This document shows positions 10,001 through 18,327 of a stretch of 64,000 nt of DNA, in pieces. The stretch's first letter is position 1. The number at the start of each line of letters is the position of its first letter. The stretch is taken from NCBI GenBank assembly GCA_963664195.1, contig OY760907.1:1408001-1472000 (forward strand). Direction: 5' to 3'. The notes beneath the pieces were generated by a model that was not told the origin of the DNA, did no database searches, and saw nothing but the letters and a program-made list of their open reading frames with translations. The position numbers and the translations under genes were made by a program. The stretch comes from an uncultured candidate division Zixibacteria bacterium. GTDB taxonomy: Bacteria > Zixibacteria > MSB-5A5 > GN15 > FEB-12.

Positions 10001-12734
10001 GCCGACTTTCACGACTTCCGCTCTCCCGACGAATGCGACGTTTGTCGACAACGGCGACGGTTCCGGGACGTTTGATTTCAATCCGGACTTTGTGCAGGCG
10101 GGCATTTTGAGCGTGACGTTCCGTGCTACTGACGGCGCAGTGGTTGACTCCGAGGTTGTGTTCATCACTATCAATGATGCCGGCAACCAGGACCCGACCC
10201 TGGCCGCAATCGGTGCGCAGTCGGTTACCGAGGGCAACACGCTTGTCTTCGCGACCTCCGCAAGCGATCCCGAAGGAGCCGCTCCGGCACTAAGCACCTC
10301 GGCTCTGCCGACCAACGCAACGTACGTTGACAACGGCGACGGTACGGGTGACTTCAGCTTTACGCCTGATTTCACGCAGGCGAACAGTTACGACATTACA
10401 TTCTCCGCCACGGATGATTCCGGCGCGGTTGTTTCAGAAATGGTTACAGTCACGGTCAACGAGGCCGGCAACCAGGATCCTGTTCTGGCGGCAATCGGTG
10501 CACAGGGAGTAGACGAAAACGTCACGCTCGCGTTCACGATCACCTCGACTGACCCTGATGCTACGTTCCCGGCCCTGACGACCTCGGCGCTGCCGACGAA
10601 CGCGTCGTTTGTCGACAACGGCGATGGCACGGGTGATTTCAGTTTCACGCCGGACTTTTTCCAGGCCGGGACGCATAGTGTGACTTTCGTAGCGTCGGAT
10701 GGCACGGTCAGCGACTCTGAAGTGGTAGAGATCACGGTGAACAACATCAACCGCGATCCTGAGTTGGCCGCGATTGGTGCACAGGTCGTTGATGAAAACG
10801 GATCGCTCGCCTTCACGGTGACGGCCAGCGACCTTGATCTCACCGCCCTGACGCTCAGCACCTCGGTGCTACCGACCAATGCCACGTTTGTCGATAACGG
10901 TGACGGTACGGCTGACTTCGCTTTCAATCCAGACTACTATCAGGCTGGCACTTATGACGTCACCTTCTACGTATCGGATGGCGAAGCCTCAGATTCTGAA
11001 CTGGTCGTGATTACGGTGAATCCCGTCAATCAGCTTCCGATCCTTGATCCGATCGGGGCGCAGTTTGCAGACGAGGGTGGCAACTTGAACCTCTTGATTA
11101 CTGCAAGCGATGCCGACGGTACTCCGCTGACTCTTACGACCTCAGCGCTTCCGCCGAATGCGACTTTTGTCGATAACGGCGATGGTACTGCCGATTTCGA
11201 TTTCAATCCTGATTACACGCAGGCTGATATTATTAGCTTGACCTTTTACGTCAGCGATGGTGTCGCGTCCGATTCCGAACTAGTGTTTATTACGATCAAC
11301 GAAGCCGGAAACCAGATTCCTGTTCTTTCTCCGATAGGCCCCCGCTCGACTTCTGAATCAGTCAACCTGAACTTCGCAATCAGCGCTACTGACGCTGACG
11401 GCACCTCGCCGACGTTAACCGCTGAGAATCTCCCGACCGGTGCAAACTTCACCGACAACGGTTCCGGCAACGGCACGTTTGACTGGACGCCGACTTTCGA
11501 TCAGGAAGGTGCCTACGACGTCACGTTCATTGCCTCCGACGGTGCGGCCGCCGACTCCGAGTTGGTGACTATCACGGTTGGTGGTGCGAACCAGACGCCG
11601 ATAGCGGACGCTGGGATGGATCAGGCCAATGTACCTGCCGGTATTCTGGTCACGCTCGACGGTTCCGGTTCGTACGATCCTGACGGTGGCGCTCCTACGG
11701 GATATGCCTGGTTGCAGGTAGGCGGCACGACGGTCACGCTTTCGAGCGACACCGATGTCATGCCGACCTTTACGCCGACCGTTGTTGACGTGTACGTCTT
11801 CGAGTTGACAGTCAACGACGGCGTCGCAACCTCGACTCCGGACACGGTCAGCGTTTCGGTGATAACCGGTGCGCCGCCCGCGGCCATCACGGATCTGGGC
11901 ATTCAGATTGTCGGCGACGACATTCAGCTTAGCTGGAGTGCTGTGACGCTTGATACGACTGGCACGGCCACGACGCTTGATCGCTATGTGGTCTATCGCG
12001 GCACCACGGCCTTCTTCACGCCGACTTCGGTTGACTCGATCGGGTTCGCCGATCCAGGGACTCTAACCTTCACTGACAACAACCTCGGCGCTGCCGATGT
12101 CGTCGGTGACGTAAACGAGAACTACTTCTATGTGGTCGCGGCGGTTGACTTCATGGACAATCCCGGAGCGATCTCCAACCGCGTGGGTGAATTCGACTAT
12201 CAACTCGTGACGACTGCTACCAGCGACTATAATCTGGTTGGCATTCCGTTTGCGAATACCGGTATCACCGATGCCGACGGCCTTATTGCCGCTATCGGGG
12301 CGAGCAACGTGCTCACGGTGAACAACTATATAGCCGCCTCGCAGAGTTTTGAATCCCGCTTCGCGGCCGGATTCGGAACCAACTTTGCTGTTACCACTGG
12401 TGGTGTGTACCAGGTGAACGCGGCTGCCGGGGCAGTCTTCTCAGTGGCAGGCAGTGTGCCGGATGCGGGCACGGTCAGCTACGGAGTCATCACGACTGCC
12501 ACTACAAGCTTCTGTTACCTGATGATACCCTTTGATCGTGAGGGTGACTTCGCAGTCGCCCAGGACGTGATTGACAATATCCCGGGTGTGCTGAACACCC
12601 TGAACAATTTCATAGCCGGATCGCAGAACTACGAATCGCGGTTCTCGGCCGGTTTTGGCGTCAACTTCACCGTGAGGGCCGGCATGCCGTATCAGGGCAA
12701 TGTCGCCGCTGCGGGTACGTTCCCGGCGCCCTAA
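7017..12734 (+). CDS. Giant acidic surface protein: about 16 tandem ~93-aa cadherin/He_PIG-like Ig repeats, PKD-like and FN3-like domains, duplicated C-terminal module
   Basis: Signal peptide MKYLFLGVALALLLAGVASAQ (ATG 7032 is an alternative start). Repeats read NQxPVLxxIG...LPTxAxFVDNxDGT...WTPDFxQAG. PKD-like NQTPIADAG...LDGSGSYDPDG. No dockerin or NYPNPFNP domain. Confidence 0.88.
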   Translation: MTRVSMKYLFLGVALALLLAGVASAQTAPPVLGSIGAQSVNENELLTVNVSATDVDGTIAALTTSTLPTGAVFNDAGDNSGTLTWTPDFSQAGTFNVTFYAADTVTTDVDSEVVAITVTNVNQEPVLAVIGAQSVNENELLTINVSASDADGTTPSFSTSTLPTGAGFVDNSDGTGALTWTPDFIQAGGYSVTFYTTDGTATDSEVVAITVTNVNQEPVLAVIGAQSVNENELLTINVSASDADGTTPSFSTSTLPTGAGFVDNSDGTGALTWTPDFTQAGGYSVTFYTTDGTATDSEVVAITVTNVNQEPVLAVIGAQSVNENELLTINVSASDADGTTPSFSTSTLPTGAGFVDNSDGTGALTWTPDFTQAGGYSVTFYTTDGTATDSEVVAITVTNVNQEPVLAVIGAQSVNENELLTINVSASDADGTTPSFSTSTLPTGAGFVDNSDGTGALTWTPDFTQAGGYSVTFYTTDGTATDSEVVAITVTNVNQEPVLAVIGAQSVNENELLTINVSASDADGTTPSFSTSTLPTGAGFVDNSDGTGALTWTPDFTQAGGYSVTFYTTDGTATDSEVVAITVTNVNQEPVLAVIGAQSVNENELLTINVSASDADGTTPSFSTSTLPTGAGFVDNSDGTGALTWTPDFTQAGGYSVTFYTTDGTATDSEVVAITVTNVNQEPVLAVIGVQSVTEGDALNLVIAASDADGNIPTITSSALPTNATFLDNGDGTADFDFNPTFLQSGGYSVTFYTTDGVATDSEVVAITVVEAGNQDPVLASIGAQGVNEGNTLAFTVSATDIEGALPSLSTSVLPTNASFVDNGDGTGDFSFTPAFQQSGAYQVTFTATDDSSASTSEIVTITVNDAGNQAPVLGAIGARTVAEGAALNFGVAATDPDGTTPTLSTSALPTNATFVDNGNGFGSFSFTPDYTQEGAHNVTFYATDGSASDSEVVVITVTDAGNQPPVLAEIGPQVVTEGGNLNLVITATDADATTPTFTTSALPTNATFVDNGDGSGTFDFNPDFVQAGILSVTFRATDGAVVDSEVVFITINDAGNQDPTLAAIGAQSVTEGNTLVFATSASDPEGAAPALSTSALPTNATYVDNGDGTGDFSFTPDFTQANSYDITFSATDDSGAVVSEMVTVTVNEAGNQDPVLAAIGAQGVDENVTLAFTITSTDPDATFPALTTSALPTNASFVDNGDGTGDFSFTPDFFQAGTHSVTFVASDGTVSDSEVVEITVNNINRDPELAAIGAQVVDENGSLAFTVTASDLDLTALTLSTSVLPTNATFVDNGDGTADFAFNPDYYQAGTYDVTFYVSDGEASDSELVVITVNPVNQLPILDPIGAQFADEGGNLNLLITASDADGTPLTLTTSALPPNATFVDNGDGTADFDFNPDYTQADIISLTFYVSDGVASDSELVFITINEAGNQIPVLSPIGPRSTSESVNLNFAISATDADGTSPTLTAENLPTGANFTDNGSGNGTFDWTPTFDQEGAYDVTFIASDGAAADSELVTITVGGANQTPIADAGMDQANVPAGILVTLDGSGSYDPDGGAPTGYAWLQVGGTTVTLSSDTDVMPTFTPTVVDVYVFELTVNDGVATSTPDTVSVSVITGAPPAAITDLGIQIVGDDIQLSWSAVTLDTTGTATTLDRYVVYRGTTAFFTPTSVDSIGFADPGTLTFTDNNLGAADVVGDVNENYFYVVAAVDFMDNPGAISNRVGEFDYQLVTTATSDYNLVGIPFANTGITDADGLIAAIGASNVLTVNNYIAASQSFESRFAAGFGTNFAVTTGGVYQVNAAAGAVFSVAGSVPDAGTVSYGVITTATTSFCYLMIPFDREGDFAVAQDVIDNIPGVLNTLNNFIAGSQNYESRFSAGFGVNFTVRAGMPYQGNVAAAGTFPAP
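7380..9053 (+). repeat. Six near-identical tandem 279-bp (93-codon) intragenic repeats
   Basis: AATCAGGARCCRGTGCTCGCC recurs at 7380, 7659, 7938, 8217, 8496, 8775 and 9054. Differences between copies are almost all synonymous. Confidence 0.95.
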
Positions 12735-12794
12735 GGGGAGAGGCAGTAGATGTTACGGAAAGAATGTGAGTTTAATATATACGGAGGTACCGCA

Positions 12795-15700
12795 GTGCGG
12801 CTTTCTACGAGTAAACTCAGGAAGATATGTTTACCTGGATTGATAATGCTGCTCGTGCTGATGCTGTCGTCCTCTGCCTTTGCGCAGGGTTCGATCTACG
12901 GCACGGTAACCAATTCGGATGTGAGCACTCCGGCTAACGGAGAGATCGCTTTTGTTGGTTTCCTTGATGATGCCGATGAGGAGATCCGAATAGAAACGTC
13001 CGATGGCGCCGGTTATGATGCCGGTCACTGGTTCGATGATTTTCAGAATTATCTGACCGAAGCGGCTGGCAATCCTTACGACTACCATATCTATAACACG
13101 GCCAACGGTGAAGGCTTCGTGCTATCGGGCACAATCCCGAGCAATTCCTTCCAGGAAGAGAATGTCGTGCTGGCAGCGGTGGCCTGGCCCGCCGTTCCCA
13201 CCGGATTATCCGGCACGGCGATCTCCGGCTCGACTGTAGTGTTGAGCTGGGATGCAGCTGGTGTTCCGGTCCATGTCTACCGTCGCCTGGCAAGTTCCAA
13301 CGGTTCGTTTTTCCGCATAGACGATCCGGCCGGTTCGCTGGCCAATTTCGGTGTTGTGGAAAACTTCTTCGTCGATGCGACCGTAGACGGCTCCTCGACC
13401 TATGAGTACTTGCTGATAGCCGATGACGGCTCTGGCATCCTGTCACCACATTCGGCTGCTGTTGCTGTCAGTTCGATTGGAGTCAGTGCGCCTATTCTGG
13501 CCACTTTCGACCCGGACAACGGCACTGCTACCGGCGGTACGGTGATTGACGTTCAGGGTTCCGGATTCGATCCCGCCGGCGCGCAGGTTATGTTCGGTGC
13601 AACGCCGGTTGACGCCGTAGTGGTTTCTCCGTTCCAGTTGACGGTAACTTCGCCGGCCGGCACGGTTGGTGCCTCGGTTGACATTTCAGTTGTCAATACA
13701 GCCTCGGCCCTGACCTCGAATGTTCTGACTGGTGGCTTCACCTACGCTGCGAATGCAGCTCCAGAACTGGCCGCGATTGGTGCGCAGTCGACGACCGAAA
13801 ACGTCCTGCTCGAATTCGCTACCTCAGCCTCTGATATTGACGGCGGCACTCCGGTATTAACAAGCACTGCGCTTCCCGGAACGGCCACCTACGTTGATAA
13901 CGGCGACGGTACGGGTAACTTCAGTTGGACGCCGTTGTTCACCGATGCCGGTGTTTACGACGTGACGTTCTATGCGACCGATGATATTGACGGGCTTTTG
14001 GTTGACTCGGAAGTCGTCCAGATCACCGTCATTGAAGCCGGCAACCAGCCTCCGGTTCTGGCTCTCATAAATGATACTACCGTGGCTGAAGGAGGCTCGC
14101 TGGCCCTGACGATCAGCGTGTCCGATCTCGACGGCGAGATTCCGGGACTTTCGGCTGACGGTCTTCCGACAAACGCGACCTTTGTCGACAACGGCGACGG
14201 CACGGGTGCTTTCGCTTTTGACCCGGCTCTTGATCAGGCCGGTGTGTACCCGGTTACGTTTATAGCGGTTGACGCGTCATTTGATGCCGACTCGATTACC
14301 GTACAGATCACGGTTACCGATGAGAACCAGCTTCCGGTCTTGGCCGCGATTGGCGCACAGACCGGCGATGAAAACATACTCTTGAGCTTTGGTGTATCCG
14401 CGAGCGATGGCGACGGCACTACGCCTGCTCTAACTACTTCCGCGCTTCCGGGTACGGCGGTGTTTACAGACAACGGCGACGGTACCGGTTCGTTTGACTG
14501 GACTCCGACCTTTGCAGATAGCGGATCATATTCGGTTACGTTTTATGCGACTGACGCTGTGTATTCGGCCGCTATCGACTCAGAGATTGTTGTCATTACG
14601 ATCAACGACGCCGGTAACCAGGCGCCGGTGATAGCCGAGATCACGACTCCTCAGGCTGTTGCCGAGGGCGGCAACCTGAACTTTGTTGTCACAGCCACCG
14701 ATGTTGATGCGACCATCCCGGTTCTGACCGCTGAAGGTCTGCCGACCAACGCGACGTTTGTCGACAACACCGACGGCACCGGAACATTCGACTTCAATCC
14801 GGACTTCAACCAGGCCGGCGCTTACAGCGTGACGTTCATTGCTGATGACGGCACCGCGGCTGATTCTCAGGTCGTTGAGATCAACGTCACCGATGGCGGC
14901 AATGTCCCGCCGGCGATAGACTCGCTCGGCGACTTCGCGGTTGACGAAGGTGCTTCGCTGAACCTGACGATCAACGCTTCCGATCCTGACGGTGGCGGCG
15001 CGTTCCCTCTGCTTTCGGTGAACACTTCACTTGCCAACTACACCTTCACTGATAACGGTGACGGAACGGGCACGCTTGCTTACACGCCGGACTTCTACGA
15101 CGCCGGCGTTGACACGGTGGTGTTTTTTGCTACCGATGGCGGCACGCCGCAGCAGACGGTGAGCAGCAGTTCGGTCATTACCACGACAGATATAAACCAG
15201 CAGCCAGTGTTTGTAGCGGCCGGTCCGTATTCGGCAGTTGTCGGTGAGCTTCTCGAGTTCACCGTTACCGCTACCGACTCGACTGATCCGAATACAGAAC
15301 ACAGATTGTACCTCTCGGTTGTTGGTCTTCCGACCAACGCGACCTTCACCGACAACGGTGACGGCACCGGGACGTTCGGTTTCACGCCGGATGTCACTCA
15401 GGTAGGTACGATACCTGTCTCGTTCCTGGCCGCTGATCAGGGCGTGCCGCAGGCATCTGCAACCATGGGCGTTGATATTGATGTCGTGGCTGAGAATATT
15501 GCCCCGGTTATCGACCCGATCGATCCGCAAATCGTTGCCGAGGGCGTAAGCATGGCACTTGATGTTTCCGCCTCTGATGCTGATGGTACTATTCCCGCGT
15601 TGAGCATCAGTGATGAACCTGACGGTGCTACGTTTGTCGACAACGGCGACGGCACTGGCGTATTCAGCTACACACCGATCTATGTGGGCGGGACGCGAAT

Positions 15701-17483
15701 CGAAGGATTTGTGTTGAGAGCATCTGACGGCATAACGATTGTCAGACGAAACGTCCTGATCCAGATCACTGACGCCGGCAACCAGGCACCGGTCTTTGCC
15801 GCCCTTCCGGCGCCCATCCCGCCGGTTACGGAAGGCACATCAACAGAACTGCTGGTCGAAGCTTCAGATCCTGACGGTGGGTCGATTATCCTCGCTCTCG
15901 ATGAAGCTACGGCGCCGGCCAATGTGACCTTTGTCGATTCCGCCAACGGTATCGGTTTGATTACTTTCAGCCCGGATTTCACGCAGGCAGGTACGGTAGA
16001 TGTTAGCGTCATTGCTTATGACGGACCTATCGACGATGAGAATACGCTGAGTACAATACAGATTGCTTCGTTTACAGTCGAAGAGGCCGGCAACCAGGAT
16101 CCTGTTCTGGCGGCCATTGGTGCGCGGTCCGTGTCTGAAAACGGCACTCTGGCGTTCAGCGTTTCGGCGACTGACCCCGATGGCACCAGCCCGACCCTGA
16201 CGACTTCGGCGCTGCCGGCGAACGCTACGTTTACTGATAACGCCGACGGAACGGGTAGTTTCAGCTTCACCCCCGACCTGACTCAGGCTGGCATGTACGA
16301 CATTACTTTTACTGCCGACGACGGTGTCGTTCAGGTGAGTGAATTGGTGACCATTACGGTGACCGATGTCAATCAGCTTCCGTTCGTGTTCACTTCCGGC
16401 GGACGGACGGTAAACGAAGGCGAGTCGCTGGTATACGAGGTTACGTCGTTTGATGCCGATGGTACGACGCCCTATCTATCGGCAGTTATCGTGACTACTG
16501 AAGCGCTGGCTGACAACATGAGTTTTGCGGACAACCGCGACGGTACCGGTACACTGACGTTCACCCCCGACTACACGCAGGGTGGGCCAGCCAGCAACCC
16601 TCGCGTTTACTCGGTCGTTTTCACCGCCACGGACGAGGATTACGCGAGCGTTTCGCAAACATCCGAGACGGTGGCTTTGGAAGTGGTCGATGTCAACCAG
16701 CCGCCGATCCTGTTCTTCGCTTCCGGTGAGGGACCCTTTAGTCTCAATGAAGGCGAGACGCTGGCCTTCCAGGTAGCAGCCACCGACCCGGACGGCAGCC
16801 TGCCGCCGAGTCTGACTGCGCTCAATCTACCTGACAGCAATGTCTCGTTCAACGTCAGTGCAGGCACCGGTGATTTCCAGTTCAATCCGGACTTCACACA
16901 GGCCGGGAACTACAGTGTCAGTTTCATTGCGGTTGATCAGCATGCTGCCGCCGACACGCAAATTGTAGATATCGAAGTCCTTGACGCCGGTAACCAGCCT
17001 CCGGGATTTGACAATGAGATGCTCGATACGTTGCACGTTCCAGTGGGCAAAGAGTTCGAGATTGCTGTCAGCCTGACCGATCCGGATCAGGATTCGGTGG
17101 TCATCGAGGCTTTCCCGATACTTCCGGGAGCCACCTGGCAGGACAACGGTAACGGCACGGGTGTTTACACGTTCCGCGCCGAGTCCGAATATCTGGATTC
17201 TGTTTTGCAGGTGACTTTTGTGGCGACCGACTATCCGTCTATGGCTAGCGCTACGATGGTGACGCATTCGGTGGTGGTGTCCTACCTCCGCGGCGACCTG
17301 GACAACAGTGCCGATTACACCATTAATGACGTTGCATTCCTGATCGGTTACTTGTTCAGGAACGGTCCGGCTCCGGAGATTCCGGATGCGGCCGATGTCG
17401 ATGGCGATGGTATGGTGAATGTTGGCGACGTATCATATTTGATCTACTACATGTGGTACTACGGACCGCAGCCGCCGCGTTAA
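12795..17483 (+). CDS. Large surface protein: N-terminal domain, FN3, IPT/TIG, about 12 cadherin/Ig-like repeats, C-terminal dockerin
   Basis: GGAGG 12783-87 precedes GTG 12795. Signal peptide ends SSAFAQ. IPT-like PDNGTATGGTVIDVQGSGF. Ends RGDLDNSADYTINDVAFLIGYLF...ADVDGDGMVNVGDVSYLIYY. Confidence 0.87.
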   Translation: MRLSTSKLRKICLPGLIMLLVLMLSSSAFAQGSIYGTVTNSDVSTPANGEIAFVGFLDDADEEIRIETSDGAGYDAGHWFDDFQNYLTEAAGNPYDYHIYNTANGEGFVLSGTIPSNSFQEENVVLAAVAWPAVPTGLSGTAISGSTVVLSWDAAGVPVHVYRRLASSNGSFFRIDDPAGSLANFGVVENFFVDATVDGSSTYEYLLIADDGSGILSPHSAAVAVSSIGVSAPILATFDPDNGTATGGTVIDVQGSGFDPAGAQVMFGATPVDAVVVSPFQLTVTSPAGTVGASVDISVVNTASALTSNVLTGGFTYAANAAPELAAIGAQSTTENVLLEFATSASDIDGGTPVLTSTALPGTATYVDNGDGTGNFSWTPLFTDAGVYDVTFYATDDIDGLLVDSEVVQITVIEAGNQPPVLALINDTTVAEGGSLALTISVSDLDGEIPGLSADGLPTNATFVDNGDGTGAFAFDPALDQAGVYPVTFIAVDASFDADSITVQITVTDENQLPVLAAIGAQTGDENILLSFGVSASDGDGTTPALTTSALPGTAVFTDNGDGTGSFDWTPTFADSGSYSVTFYATDAVYSAAIDSEIVVITINDAGNQAPVIAEITTPQAVAEGGNLNFVVTATDVDATIPVLTAEGLPTNATFVDNTDGTGTFDFNPDFNQAGAYSVTFIADDGTAADSQVVEINVTDGGNVPPAIDSLGDFAVDEGASLNLTINASDPDGGGAFPLLSVNTSLANYTFTDNGDGTGTLAYTPDFYDAGVDTVVFFATDGGTPQQTVSSSSVITTTDINQQPVFVAAGPYSAVVGELLEFTVTATDSTDPNTEHRLYLSVVGLPTNATFTDNGDGTGTFGFTPDVTQVGTIPVSFLAADQGVPQASATMGVDIDVVAENIAPVIDPIDPQIVAEGVSMALDVSASDADGTIPALSISDEPDGATFVDNGDGTGVFSYTPIYVGGTRIEGFVLRASDGITIVRRNVLIQITDAGNQAPVFAALPAPIPPVTEGTSTELLVEASDPDGGSIILALDEATAPANVTFVDSANGIGLITFSPDFTQAGTVDVSVIAYDGPIDDENTLSTIQIASFTVEEAGNQDPVLAAIGARSVSENGTLAFSVSATDPDGTSPTLTTSALPANATFTDNADGTGSFSFTPDLTQAGMYDITFTADDGVVQVSELVTITVTDVNQLPFVFTSGGRTVNEGESLVYEVTSFDADGTTPYLSAVIVTTEALADNMSFADNRDGTGTLTFTPDYTQGGPASNPRVYSVVFTATDEDYASVSQTSETVALEVVDVNQPPILFFASGEGPFSLNEGETLAFQVAATDPDGSLPPSLTALNLPDSNVSFNVSAGTGDFQFNPDFTQAGNYSVSFIAVDQHAAADTQIVDIEVLDAGNQPPGFDNEMLDTLHVPVGKEFEIAVSLTDPDQDSVVIEAFPILPGATWQDNGNGTGVYTFRAESEYLDSVLQVTFVATDYPSMASATMVTHSVVVSYLRGDLDNSADYTINDVAFLIGYLFRNGPAPEIPDAADVDGDGMVNVGDVSYLIYYMWYYGPQPPR

Positions 17484-17507
17484 TGATTGGCTAACAGGCA
17501 ATTACTG

Positions 17508-17542
17508 GAAAGGCCGTCCCGGATTGGGGGCGGCCTTTTCTT
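17508..17542 (+). terminator. Rho-independent terminator
   Basis: GAAAGGCCGTCCC-ggattg-GGGGCGGCCTTTTCTT after the stop at 17483. Confidence 0.8.
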
Positions 17543-17679
17543 GTGTGCGATTTCGTACAGTGACGCGAATTCTGCGTTGTTGTACTGTGTGATCCGGACA
17601 GGGGGGGCCGTTGCGAGGATAATCCCGCTAATAGCAAGGGGGCGGGTCGATTGCCTCGTGATGCCCGGCGCAATAATCC

Positions 17680-17708
17680 TTGACAAATGTCGCGCTCCAT
17701 ATTAGTTT
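17680..17708 (+). promoter_or_regulatory. Sigma-70-type promoter candidate, implying a ~600-nt leader for CDS 18328
   Basis: TTGACA-17 nt-TAGTTT. Confidence 0.5.
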
Positions 17709-18327
17709 ATTAGCGCAAAAGGTTCCCTCATTATATACGGGAAACATTACAACAGCGATGCAACACCGCGAGAGGTGCGCAACCGCCTCTCCAATATGAA
17801 TGACACCGGGATATAACAACGAGATGTTTCTAACCGTAGTTAAACCCCATTATATCACACGCTTGAGTTTTCTCCCATAGTACGGGATGGACTCCACAGG
17901 TTTGTATTGCAGCAATGTGAGATGTGTGCGAACACGTCTCCGATAAGAACGACAACGGGACTAAACAACTGAGTGGCTTTTTCGTATTAGCGCCTCCCAG
18001 TGGCATACGCGCCGGCAACACGTCTTTCAGTCGGCAGGTGTGTTCCCACATGATGACAAGTCTATAATGTATTGCAACAGTCAAACGAAACGGTTGTCGA
18101 TGAGGCTTCGGCAAAGGGCGCAGACACCCCTGTGTCTGAACGAACGGGGCGATATGTCGCTGTTTGAGAAGGGAGGTGTATTCACAGCAGAGAGTAACAA
18201 GGAGCCGCTTCGGTATCAGTATAAGCATGCCGTACGGTGATTTTATTTGATTCGATTGTTGAAAGCAGGATTTGCCCGTTCTAGAGGGTGAATCGAGAAC
18301 TCAAAGTGTTCGAAAGGGAAAATTAGC

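Noticed and set aside
18040..18240. 66-aa ORF in the long leader
   Set aside because: No RBS or recognisable features. It simply crosses the orphan SD motif.
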